Assembly (NCBI GenBank): GCA_016794005.1
Contig: JAEUKY010000332.1
Coordinates: 5,029 to 69,028, forward strand
Direction of reading: 5' to 3'
Origin: Rhodospirillales bacterium
Lineage (GTDB): Bacteria; Pseudomonadota; Alphaproteobacteria; CACIAM-22H2
DNA length: 64,000 bases
Of this stretch, positions 16,977 to 26,041 are shown one piece after another (positions within the stretch are counted from its first letter, which is position 1; the number at the start of each line of letters is the position of its first letter). The position numbers and the translations under genes were made by a program. The notes beneath the pieces were generated by a model. It had not been told where the DNA came from. It did not search any database and worked only from the letters and a program-made list of their open reading frames with translations.

Positions 16977-18052
16977 ATGCCGGATTGACGGCGGTCGTCG
17001 TCGGCTGCGGGGCCATGGGTGCATTCACGCGGCCTGGCACGCGCAGCGCGCTGCCACCGGGCTGGCTACCGCTCGCACACGCCGAAGCCGTCGTCGCGAC
17101 ACCCGGCCTCGTACTCATCGGCGTATGCGACAGCGATGCCGCCGTGTGCGAACGGGCATCGGCGCATTACGGCGTACCGGCCTTCGCCGACCACCGGGCG
17201 ATGCTGGCAGAACTGCGGCCTGCGATCGCATGCGTGGCGACGCGCACCGAGCCGCGGGTACGGACGCTCGTCGATTGTGCGAAGGCGGGCGTCAGGGGCA
17301 TGCATGCCGAGAAGCCGCTCAGCCGCTCGATGGAAGATGCACGGTGCGTCGCTGCGGCACTTGTGCAGGCAGGTGCTTCGTTCACCTACGGCGCGCTTCG
17401 TCGCTACCATGCAACCTATCTGCGCGCGGCGGCTCTGGTCGCCGACGGCGCCATCGGCGATCTGCGACAAATCGTCGTCGGGTTCGGGCGCCGGACAGCG
17501 ATGTGGACGCATGCACACTCGCTCGACGCGATGCTGTTCTTCGCCGGTGCGCCGGTGCGCATCGTGCAGGCGCGGATCGCCGTCGATCCCGGGTCCGTCT
17601 GCGAGACCGACGGCATTCCGACGATCGATGCCGATCCGACAATCGAGACCGGCTATGTCGCCTTCGAGAACGGCGTGAGCGGCCAGATCACGCAGCTTGA
17701 CGGATTCGACATCCTGCTTGCCGGCAGCTCCGGCACGCTGCGGATCGCGGCTGACGGCACGCGGATCGATCTTGACCGGACAGGCCCATCGACTGGGGGC
17801 TATTTCACCGCTACGACGAGCGAACCGGCCCTCTCGAGTCAACCGGGCGGAACGGCGCTTGCGCTTGGCCGGCTGTGCGGTTTCGTCGCGTCCGGCAAGC
17901 CGGACCAGACCGCACTCGATGCCGCAGTCGATGGCCAGCGCGCATTGTTCGCGATGCTTCTTTCGGGTTTGCGTGGCGGAATCGAGGTCGCACCCGGCGA
18001 CGTTCCCGACACGATGACCGTTACCGGACGGTCCGGCAACCTGTTCGCGTGA
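16970..18052 (+). CDS. Gfo/Idh/MocA family NAD(P)-dependent sugar oxidoreductase
   Basis: The ATG overlaps the upstream stop (ATGGTGA). It has the N-terminal Rossmann motif AVVVGCGAMGAF and the MHAEKPLS (EKP) motif. The upstream part of ORF 16616..18052 was trimmed. Confidence 0.7.
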   Translation: MVNAGLTAVVVGCGAMGAFTRPGTRSALPPGWLPLAHAEAVVATPGLVLIGVCDSDAAVCERASAHYGVPAFADHRAMLAELRPAIACVATRTEPRVRTLVDCAKAGVRGMHAEKPLSRSMEDARCVAAALVQAGASFTYGALRRYHATYLRAAALVADGAIGDLRQIVVGFGRRTAMWTHAHSLDAMLFFAGAPVRIVQARIAVDPGSVCETDGIPTIDADPTIETGYVAFENGVSGQITQLDGFDILLAGSSGTLRIAADGTRIDLDRTGPSTGGYFTATTSEPALSSQPGGTALALGRLCGFVASGKPDQTALDAAVDGQRALFAMLLSGLRGGIEVAPGDVPDTMTVTGRSGNLFA

Positions 18053-18068
18053 AGGACCGGCAGTACCG

Positions 18069-19478
18069 ATGAGCGTGACGCTCCATTGCGACGCAGGCCC
18101 GGGGATCGGGCTCGGGCACGTGTTGCGCAGTGCCGCACTCGGGGCGGAGTTCGTCCGCACCGGACGTCGTGCGCGCTTGCGCGTGCCGGTCGGTGCGGCG
18201 GTCGGTGTGCCCGATCGAGTGCGGCGTGTCCTACCTGTCGAAGAAGAGGGAATCCCCGCGCCAGCTACCGATATAGCAGTCATCGATTCCTACCGACCGA
18301 CGATGCACACGGTCGACGGGAAGGCGCGTCTGATCGCACTCCACGACGGAGATGGACCCTTGCCAGTCGCTGGCTTTCTGGTGAATGCCGCTGCCACCGA
18401 AAGCGACTATGCCAGCCGTACGACGGCTTCGTGCCGGCTTCTTCTCGGACCCCGCTACGCGTCAGTCGACGCAGCATTCGCCATCCGGCGTGCCGGAGCT
18501 CTGGCCGCGCGCACTTCGTGCGAGGTGCGAAGGGTCCTCGTTTCGTTCGGCGGCGACGATGCGGCCAACGCCACCGGACGCTCGCTCGACGCGCTCGAGG
18601 GGCGATCGGTCGAGATCGACGTCGCGCTCGGATCGGGCGCACGTCACGTTCGCGATATCGCCGCCCGCGCTTCGGCGCGCGTTCGTGTTCATATCGATAC
18701 GCCCGAGATGCCCGCCTTGATGGCGGATGCGGACATCGCGGTCGGAGCGGCTGGTTCGACGGCATGGGAGCGTTGCACTTTGGGACTGCCGACATTGATC
18801 GCGCGCCTTGCGGCAAACCAGAATGGCGTTGCGGACATGCTCGTTGGCGCCGGTGCCGCGGCCGACATCCGGTCGGTCGATGCCGGCTTCGAAACGCGTC
18901 TTGCCGCGGCATTCGACCGCGTGGCAGGAGATCGCGCGCTGCTGGTCTCGATGGCGGCGCAGGCGGCCGCCCTGTGCGATGGGCGCGGGACCAAGCGGAT
19001 CGTTCTTGCCGCCGTCGGCGACGAGACGGATCGGATGGGCCGCCGGATCCGCTTGCGTGCCGTCGAAGCCGCCGATGCGGCGTGGTTTCTCAATCTCCAG
19101 TCGCGGCCGGAGACACGCCGCTACGCACGCAATCCGGCCGTTCCGACGCCCGACGAACATCGGCTGTGGTTTGCGCGGATGCTCGCCAACGCCGCACATA
19201 CGCTGGCGGTAGTCGAGTGTGCGGACGTTCCGGCGGGCTTCGTGCGTCTCGATCCGACTTCTGCGGAAGAGATGCGCTTTGAAGTCTCGATCGCCGTTGA
19301 TCCGGCGTTTCACGGCAAGGGCGTCGGTTCGACCGCATTGCGACTGACGCGCGCCTGCGCGCGCGATGCGGTGCTGGAAGCCGAAGTGCATGAAGACAAT
19401 CGCGCATCCCGAGCGCTGTTCGCAGGCTGCGGCTACCGACCCACCGGGCCGGGCCGCCTGGAAAGCAGGCCCACATGA
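18069..19478 (+). CDS. pseG: Bifunctional PseG (UDP-2,4-diacetamido-2,4,6-trideoxy-beta-L-altropyranose hydrolase) / GNAT N-acetyltransferase (PseH-like) fusion
   Basis: The N-terminus VTLHCDAGPGIGLGHVLRSAALGAEF is PseG-like. The C-terminal ~150 aa (IRLRAVEAADAAWFLNLQ...VDPAFHGKGVGSTAL...NRASRALFAGCGY) are GNAT-like. Confidence 0.8.
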   Translation: MSVTLHCDAGPGIGLGHVLRSAALGAEFVRTGRRARLRVPVGAAVGVPDRVRRVLPVEEEGIPAPATDIAVIDSYRPTMHTVDGKARLIALHDGDGPLPVAGFLVNAAATESDYASRTTASCRLLLGPRYASVDAAFAIRRAGALAARTSCEVRRVLVSFGGDDAANATGRSLDALEGRSVEIDVALGSGARHVRDIAARASARVRVHIDTPEMPALMADADIAVGAAGSTAWERCTLGLPTLIARLAANQNGVADMLVGAGAAADIRSVDAGFETRLAAAFDRVAGDRALLVSMAAQAAALCDGRGTKRIVLAAVGDETDRMGRRIRLRAVEAADAAWFLNLQSRPETRRYARNPAVPTPDEHRLWFARMLANAAHTLAVVECADVPAGFVRLDPTSAEEMRFEVSIAVDPAFHGKGVGSTALRLTRACARDAVLEAEVHEDNRASRALFAGCGYRPTGPGRLESRPT

Positions 19479-20518
19479 CCTTCGCCATCAATGGACGCCG
19501 GATCGGCCCCGAGGCGCCGCCCTACGTCATCGCCGAGCTTTCGGGCAACCACAACGGTTCGCTCGACCGCGCGATCGCTCTGCTCGATGCGGCGCACGAG
19601 GCGGGTGCGGACGCGGTCAAGCTGCAGACTTATACCGCCGACACGCTGACGATCGATCATGACGGACCCGATTTCACCGTGCGCGGTGGCTTGTGGGACG
19701 GATCCACGCTCTACCAGCTCTACCGTCAGGCCCATACGCCGTGGGAATGGCACGAAGCGCTGTTCGCGCGCGGGCGCGAACTCGGCATCACCGTATTCTC
19801 GACGCCGTTCGATGCGACCGCGATCGATCTGCTCGAGCGTCTCGGGGCACCGGCCTACAAGATCGCTTCGTTCGAGGCCGTCGACCTTCCGCTCATCCGC
19901 CGCGTCGCATGCTGCGGCAAGCCGATGATCGTCTCGACCGGAATCAGCGACCTCGCCGAGATCGCCGCTGCGGTCGAAGCAGCCCGCAGCGCAGGCGCCA
20001 CTGATCTGGCGCTGCTGCATTGCGTGAGCGCCTATCCAGCACCACCAGAAGACATGAATCTGCGGACAATAGCGCATCTCGGTGCGACATTTGGCGCCGT
20101 GCCGGGCCTTTCGGACCATACGCTGGGCACGGCGGTCACCGTCGCGGCGGTGGCGCTGGGTGCCTGCGTGATCGAGAAGCACGTCACGCTTCGCAGGGCC
20201 GACGGCGGACCGGATTCCGCATTCTCGCTCGAACCCGAAGAATTCGCAGCACTGGTACGCGACGTGCGGACGGCGCACGCGGCCCTGGGGCGCGTCTCCT
20301 ATGAGCGCGAGCCCAGCGAACGCGGCATGGCGACGTTCCGACGTTCGCTCTATGCGATCGCCGACATCGCGGCAGGCGAGATTCTCACGGAAGCGAATGT
20401 CCGCTCGATCCGTCCGGGTTTTGGCCTGGCGCCCAAGCACTTCGACGCGGTTGTCGGCCGGCGCGCACGCCGGTCGATCGCGCGCGGGACCGCACTCGCG
20501 TGGAGCCTGATCGAGTGA
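19475..20518 (+). CDS. pseI: Pseudaminic acid synthase
   Basis: The start overlaps the upstream stop (ATGA). YVIAELSGNHNGSLDRAIALLDAAHEAGADAVKLQTYTADTLT, KIASFE and LLHCVSAYPAPPEDMNLRTI are typical of PseI/NeuB-family synthases. Confidence 0.9.
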   Translation: MTFAINGRRIGPEAPPYVIAELSGNHNGSLDRAIALLDAAHEAGADAVKLQTYTADTLTIDHDGPDFTVRGGLWDGSTLYQLYRQAHTPWEWHEALFARGRELGITVFSTPFDATAIDLLERLGAPAYKIASFEAVDLPLIRRVACCGKPMIVSTGISDLAEIAAAVEAARSAGATDLALLHCVSAYPAPPEDMNLRTIAHLGATFGAVPGLSDHTLGTAVTVAAVALGACVIEKHVTLRRADGGPDSAFSLEPEEFAALVRDVRTAHAALGRVSYEREPSERGMATFRRSLYAIADIAAGEILTEANVRSIRPGFGLAPKHFDAVVGRRARRSIARGTALAWSLIE

Positions 20519-21246
20519 AGACGGTCGCGACCATCGAGGCGCGCATGACCTCCATGCGGTTGCCCGGCAAGGTGCTCGCCGACGCCGAGGGCGCTCCGAT
20601 GCTCTCGCGGATGATCGACCGACTCTTCCGCGTATCCGGACTCGACGGCGTTGTCGTCGCGACGACGACGAACGCAACCGATGATCCCATCGCCGCTCTC
20701 GCGTCGGAAAAGGGTGTCGGATGCTGGCGCGGCAGCGAGGACGATGTTCTCTCGCGCGTCCTCGAAGCGGCCACGGATGCCGGAGCCGACGTCATCGTCG
20801 AACTGACGGGCGACTGTCCGCTGATCGATCCGGCGATCGTGTCGCAGACGATACGCCACTACTTCTCGACGGGCGCAGATTATGTCTCGAATGTGCTGAC
20901 GCGCAGCTATCCGATCGGCATGGACACGCAGGTATTCTCGCGTCGCATCCTTGCGGACGTGGCAAGTCGTACCGATGATGCGATTGACCATGAGCATGTG
21001 AGCCTTTACATCTACCGCCATCCGGAAATCTACAGCCTTTCCGGCATTGTGGCACCCGCCGGGCTCCACCGTCCTGATGTCCGGCTCACGCTCGATACAC
21101 CCGAAGATCTGGCACTGATCCGCGCCGTGTTTGCGGCTCTGTTGCCACGCGGGATCGATTTCGGCCTTGCCGAGATACTCGCATATCTTGACGCCAATCC
21201 GGTGGTCGCCGCGCTCAACCGGAGCGTGGTGCATCGTCATGTCTGA
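20515..21246 (+). CDS. SpsF/FlmC-type cytidylyltransferase-fold protein, second copy
   Basis: The GTG start overlaps the pseI TGA. ATIEARMTSMRLPGKVL and ELTGDCPLIDPA parallel the gene at 12430. Confidence 0.7.
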   Translation: MKTVATIEARMTSMRLPGKVLADAEGAPMLSRMIDRLFRVSGLDGVVVATTTNATDDPIAALASEKGVGCWRGSEDDVLSRVLEAATDAGADVIVELTGDCPLIDPAIVSQTIRHYFSTGADYVSNVLTRSYPIGMDTQVFSRRILADVASRTDDAIDHEHVSLYIYRHPEIYSLSGIVAPAGLHRPDVRLTLDTPEDLALIRAVFAALLPRGIDFGLAEILAYLDANPVVAALNRSVVHRHV

Positions 21247-22234
21247 ACGGTTGCGTGCGATCGTGCTGGGATGCGGGCGGATCGCGGGTGGGCTCAACCG
21301 GTCGTCAGACGACGCCATGGTTCTGACGCACGCGTTAGCCTACCGCCGCAATCCGCGTTTCACGCTTGTCGCCTGTATCGAAACGGATGCGCATGTACGC
21401 GCGGATTTCGCTGCGCGCTGGGCGCTCGAGAGCGCCTATGTCTCTCTCGACGAGGCATTTGCGAACGGCGCCGTTTACGATGTCGCCAGCGTCTGCGTGC
21501 CGACGGCGGCGCACGTGGCCACACTCGATCGGCTTTTGGATATGCCCGTGCGTGCGGTTTTCGCCGAAAAGCCGCTTGGCGGCGATCCGGCGGCCGCTCG
21601 ACGGATCGTTGAGCGCTTCCGGCGGGCCGGAAAGCCGCTGGCGGTTGCCTATCTTCGGCGCTGGGATCCGGCGATGATGGCGCTGCGCGCGGAGATCGCT
21701 GAAGGGAGATGGGGCGCGTGGCGCGGCGGTGCCGCATTCTACGGCCGCGGCGTCGTCAACAACGGATCCCATGCGATCGACCTGCTGCGGTTCCTGACTG
21801 GCGAGGAGTTCCGGATCGCTGCCACAGCGGGTGCCCGTGCCGACGGCGTTCCGGACGATCCGAGCATCGATGCGATACTGGAGGCGGGCGGCGGGCAACG
21901 CGTTCATCTCGTCGCCTGCGACGGGCGCGACTACGCGTTCTTCGAGATGACACTCGCGTTCGCGCACGGCATCGTCGCGATCGAGGACGGCGGCTTACGC
22001 GTCGTACGCCGCGCGGTGGCGGCGAGCGAACATTTCTTCGGAGTTGATGTTCCCGGGGCAGGTTACGGCGCGTCCACGGGGTATGGCGACGCGTTCGTGC
22101 ATGCGCTTGACGACATCGCGGGTTGCCTCGAACACGGTGGCGAACCGAAGAGCAGCGGGGCGAGCGCGCTCGCCTCGATCGAATTGGCCTGCGCGCTGCG
22201 TGCGGCGGCAACCGAAGCGGAGTCGATCAAGTGA
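21239..22234 (+). CDS. Gfo/Idh/MocA family oxidoreductase (WbpB-like position upstream of an aminotransferase)
   Basis: The ATG overlaps the upstream gene by 8 nt. It has AIVLGCGRIAGG and VFAEKPLGG motifs. Confidence 0.7.
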   Translation: MSERLRAIVLGCGRIAGGLNRSSDDAMVLTHALAYRRNPRFTLVACIETDAHVRADFAARWALESAYVSLDEAFANGAVYDVASVCVPTAAHVATLDRLLDMPVRAVFAEKPLGGDPAAARRIVERFRRAGKPLAVAYLRRWDPAMMALRAEIAEGRWGAWRGGAAFYGRGVVNNGSHAIDLLRFLTGEEFRIAATAGARADGVPDDPSIDAILEAGGGQRVHLVACDGRDYAFFEMTLAFAHGIVAIEDGGLRVVRRAVAASEHFFGVDVPGAGYGASTGYGDAFVHALDDIAGCLEHGGEPKSSGASALASIELACALRAAATEAESIK

Positions 22235-23556
22235 GCGAACTGGCCCTCCTGGGCGGCAAGCCCGTGCGTACAGAGCCCTTTCCGGCCTACCGGTTCATCG
22301 GCGAGGAAGAGAAGGCGGCGGCTATACGAGTCCTCGACTCCGGAATCCTGTCGAGGTTTCTCGGCACATGGCATCCGGATTTCTTCGGCGGACCGGAAGT
22401 GCAGGCGTTCGAGCGGGATTGGGCAGCATCCGCAGGCGTACGGCACGGTGTCTCAATGAATTCGGCGACATCCGGCCTTTATGCCGCGGTCGGTGCCGTG
22501 GGAGCGGGCCCTGGCGACGAAGTGATCGTTTCGCCCTATACGATGATCGCGTCGGCGACGGCAGCGATCGTCTTCAATGCCGTTCCGGTCTTCGCCGACA
22601 TCGATCCGGAGACCTACACCCTCTCCGCCGAGACGATCGAAGCCCGCATCACGTCGCGCACGAAGGCGATCATCGTCGTGCATATCTTCGGCCAGTCCGC
22701 CGACATGGATCCGATCATGGCGCTGGCGCGCCGGCACGGCATCCGGGTGATCGAGGACTGTGCTCAAGCCCCCTTCGCGACCTATAAGGGCCGCTCCGTC
22801 GGGTCGTTGGGCGACATCGGCGTTTTCAGCCTCAACTACCACAAGCATATCCATACCGGCGAAGGGGCAATGTGCACGACCGATGACGACGAACTCGCAG
22901 AGCGGCTGCAACTCATCCGGAATCATGCCGAGGCGGTCGTCGAGAAGAAGGGTGTGACGAATCTCGTCAACATGGTCGGTTTCAATTTCCGGCTTGGCGA
23001 GATCGAGGCGGCGATCGGTCGCGCGCAGTTGCGCAAGGGTCCGGCACTCGTCCAGACGCGCAGGGAGAACGTGCGCTATCTCGAAGCCAAGCTTGCAGGC
23101 ATCCCGGGGCTCGCCATGCCCAAAGTCGGCTCCGGCGGCGATCACGTGTACTATGTGCATGCGCTCGACTATTCCGAGGCGACAACCGGCGTATCGCGCG
23201 ACACGTTCGTCCAAGCAGTGAAGGCCGAGCTGCCGCCGACGGGCTTGCGCGAGCACGAGGGGCCGCTTATGGGGGCTGGCTATGTGCGCCCACTATATAT
23301 GGCCCCGATGTTCCGCCAGATGGTCGGCTACGGGACGAAGCAGTGCCCGTTCCGCTGCCCACATTACGAAGGTACGCCGAACTATTCCAACGGCATCTGC
23401 CCAAACGCGGAAGCGGCGCATTTCGGTCGCGTCATCACGCACGAAATGATGCGACCGCCGATGACCCGACGCGACATCGACGATGTCGCCGCCGCGTTCC
23501 ACAAGGTTGCGGAAAACTTGCACCGCCTGTCAGATCGCGCAGCGTCGAAGGCATAG
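22231..23556 (+). CDS. DegT/DnrJ/EryC1-family PLP-dependent aminotransferase (long form)
   Basis: The GTG start overlaps the upstream TGA. LALLGGKPVR, MNSATSGLYAAV, VIEDCAQA and SLNYHKHIHTGEGA (Lys region) are present. Length is 441 aa. Confidence 0.8.
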   Translation: MSELALLGGKPVRTEPFPAYRFIGEEEKAAAIRVLDSGILSRFLGTWHPDFFGGPEVQAFERDWAASAGVRHGVSMNSATSGLYAAVGAVGAGPGDEVIVSPYTMIASATAAIVFNAVPVFADIDPETYTLSAETIEARITSRTKAIIVVHIFGQSADMDPIMALARRHGIRVIEDCAQAPFATYKGRSVGSLGDIGVFSLNYHKHIHTGEGAMCTTDDDELAERLQLIRNHAEAVVEKKGVTNLVNMVGFNFRLGEIEAAIGRAQLRKGPALVQTRRENVRYLEAKLAGIPGLAMPKVGSGGDHVYYVHALDYSEATTGVSRDTFVQAVKAELPPTGLREHEGPLMGAGYVRPLYMAPMFRQMVGYGTKQCPFRCPHYEGTPNYSNGICPNAEAAHFGRVITHEMMRPPMTRRDIDDVAAAFHKVAENLHRLSDRAASKA

Positions 23557-23558
23557 CC

Positions 23559-24542
23559 GTGGCGACCGCCCTGTTCTTTGCGCGCGATCCTGGCCCGACC
23601 AACCAGATAGCGGCCGCATGGCATCTGTGCGGCGAAGCGGGTCCTTTGGTGCCGGAGGGCGCGGAGAAGTTCCGTGCCGATCTGGCGCCGTTCGCGGCGG
23701 AGCGTCTGGCGCTTGCCCGCGGACCTGCCGTTGCCGCGCTGGCGCGCGCGGGTATCGCAAGCGAAAGCGTCGCGGACGCATTCGGCGCGCCGGGTCCGCG
23801 CGCCGCGCGCGAGGCTGCAGCCGTCTCATTCCTGCGGGCCCGAGGCGTGGGTGTGGTCGTGACAGGCACGAGCGACGTCGACGAGGATCTGGATCGTATC
23901 CTTTGGGCGGCGGCCCGTTCTGCCGGCATCGAGAGTCACGTATTCCTCGATCACCCTGCCAATCTTGCGGCGCGCTTTCGCGACGCGGGCGGCGAACTCT
24001 TGCTTCCGGACAAGCTCTATGCGCCGGACGAGGGATATCGCGCGGCACTTGCGGCGGCGAGCGTGGATTTTCCAGACCTTCGCATCGTCGGACCGATCCA
24101 TGAAAATCGACTTGCCGCCGGCCGCACGGCCGCATTCGCCGCACGCGGAAAACTCCGCGCGTTATGGGGTGCAACGGACTGCGATCACGTCGTGCTGTTC
24201 GCATCCGAATGTGGTCGAGAAATGGAAGCGGTCGGCCGGAAGGCGCCCTACGACGAGATCGTCGAGTTGACGAAGTATACCGAAAATCTTGCCCGAAGCG
24301 GCGCTGGCACCAGGACGATTCTCGTAGTGCGGCCACACCCGCGCGATGCTGCCGGGAAGTACGACGCCTGGAGCAAGGCCGCACCGGCAATGCTGCGGTG
24401 TGTTGTGAGTGCGGCGGGAGCGCCGGCGGAAGCAATACTCGCGGCCGATCTCGTCGTCGGAATGGACTCGACGATGCTGCGCGAGGCACGCGTCCTCGGC
24501 CGGGCGCATCTGTCGGTCGTCGGAGCGACGCTGGCGTTATGA
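23559..24542 (+). CDS. Hypothetical protein; second putative HP-motif GT-B-like protein
   Basis: The GTG start lies 2 nt after the upstream stop. ILVVRPHPRDAAG (RPHP at 24330-24341) is followed by LVVGMDSTMLREARVLGR. I recognised no other motif. Confidence 0.35.
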   Translation: MATALFFARDPGPTNQIAAAWHLCGEAGPLVPEGAEKFRADLAPFAAERLALARGPAVAALARAGIASESVADAFGAPGPRAAREAAAVSFLRARGVGVVVTGTSDVDEDLDRILWAAARSAGIESHVFLDHPANLAARFRDAGGELLLPDKLYAPDEGYRAALAAASVDFPDLRIVGPIHENRLAAGRTAAFAARGKLRALWGATDCDHVVLFASECGREMEAVGRKAPYDEIVELTKYTENLARSGAGTRTILVVRPHPRDAAGKYDAWSKAAPAMLRCVVSAAGAPAEAILAADLVVGMDSTMLREARVLGRAHLSVVGATLAL

Positions 24543-26041
24543 TCGCGAGCGGCGGCATCGACGGTTGCGTGTTTCTCGGTCGCGATCAGGCGACGGGGTT
24601 CGACGTCGGAACGGATGCCCTTCTCGACGGACTCGTGGCAATGGGTGCGGATCGCGTCGTGGCAGTTTCCAGCGCGGCCATCCGTTACGACTGGCGCGAG
24701 GCGAACGCGCGGCTGACGGCGCTCGCGCGCGAAGACATGCGCATCGTGCCAGCTGCGGCGATCCCGCTGCCGGCCTATGACGCGGGCGAAGGAATCGTTA
24801 CACGGCTTCGCGCGGAGAATTTTGCCGCGGTCGCCGTGGTCTCGGACGCAATGGGCTGGTCGCTGCAGGGTCCGGCACTCGATGCACTTGCTCGCGAATG
24901 CGCGGTCGGCGGCATGCCGCTGCTTCTGTGCGCCGCCACCGGACCGGACCTGTCCGCGGCCGAGCGGGCTGCCGCAGCCGGCGGCACTGTCCTATTGCGA
25001 TGGACACGGGCGCACGGATACTTCCGTCTCGCGGACCTGATCGCGACGGCCTACAGACATCCGAACGTGCTGGTGGATATCGGCTCGCAATCGCAGACTG
25101 GAACGATCGAACATCTCGTGGCTCGTCTCGGGCCGGAGCGGCTCTTCGTTTCTTCGGGCGCGCCAGCCGCACACGCCGGTTGTGCATGGTTCATGCTGGC
25201 GGCGGCCGATCTTGATGCGACGGCACGCGCGCAGATCGCAGGGGGAAACCTCACGCGCACGCTTGGGCTTTCGTCGACCGGTGGCTTTCGGGTACCTGTC
25301 GCTTATCGTGCGCTCGTCGATTCGCCGAAGACGGACACGCACTGGCATACCGGTCGCTGGAATCTCATCGAGACGCGCACTGACGTGTCGGATCTACAGA
25401 TCCTTGCCGAACGCGCAGGTGTCTCAGTGTTCGTTTCGTCCTCGATCCGCGCGCTCAGCGACGATCTCGAAGCCGGCAATGCCGAGACGGCTGCCCTGCT
25501 TGCGGCCGATCCGCGCGCGCGTGGCCTCATCGTCATCAACCCGCTGCGGCCCGAAGCCTCGCTCGCCGAGATCGCGCGCTATAGAAATGATCGTCGCTTC
25601 GTCGGCGTCAAGACGATCCAGGATTTCTACGGTCTCGAACTCGACGCCCCACAGTACGACGCGATTTTCGGCAAGCTCGATGCCGGCGACGAGCTGAGCG
25701 TGATGGCGCATCTACCCGGCATGGCGCGCGCGGCGCGGCGCCATCCGCATCTAAAATTCGTCGCCGCCCATGCGACATGGCGCTTCAACGATCTGATCGA
25801 ACTGCCGAATGTGTGGTTCGACATCGCGACTTCATCGCCACGTGTCGTGGAATCCGATATCGCCCGACTGGTCGCGACTGCGGGCGCGAAGCGCGTCGTC
25901 TTCTCGAGCGACGCGCCGCTCATCGATCCAGCGTGGACGCTGGGCAAGCTCGCGAGTGGGGGTTTGGCACAGGCGGATATTGTGCAGATACTCGGACCGT
26001 CGGCACGGGGTGCGTTTGCACGACTTGGGGATGGACGATGA
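24539..26041 (+). CDS. Amidohydrolase-fold (metal-dependent TIM-barrel hydrolase) protein, apparently two tandem domains
   Basis: The start overlaps the upstream stop (ATGA). The second half begins with KTDTHWHTG (D-x-H-x-H, 25334-25348), followed by VMAHLPG, AAHATW, WFDIATS and VFSSDAPL. The first half aligns loosely but has GIDGCVF in place of H-x-H. Confidence 0.5.
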   Translation: MIASGGIDGCVFLGRDQATGFDVGTDALLDGLVAMGADRVVAVSSAAIRYDWREANARLTALAREDMRIVPAAAIPLPAYDAGEGIVTRLRAENFAAVAVVSDAMGWSLQGPALDALARECAVGGMPLLLCAATGPDLSAAERAAAAGGTVLLRWTRAHGYFRLADLIATAYRHPNVLVDIGSQSQTGTIEHLVARLGPERLFVSSGAPAAHAGCAWFMLAAADLDATARAQIAGGNLTRTLGLSSTGGFRVPVAYRALVDSPKTDTHWHTGRWNLIETRTDVSDLQILAERAGVSVFVSSSIRALSDDLEAGNAETAALLAADPRARGLIVINPLRPEASLAEIARYRNDRRFVGVKTIQDFYGLELDAPQYDAIFGKLDAGDELSVMAHLPGMARAARRHPHLKFVAAHATWRFNDLIELPNVWFDIATSSPRVVESDIARLVATAGAKRVVFSSDAPLIDPAWTLGKLASGGLAQADIVQILGPSARGAFARLGDGR

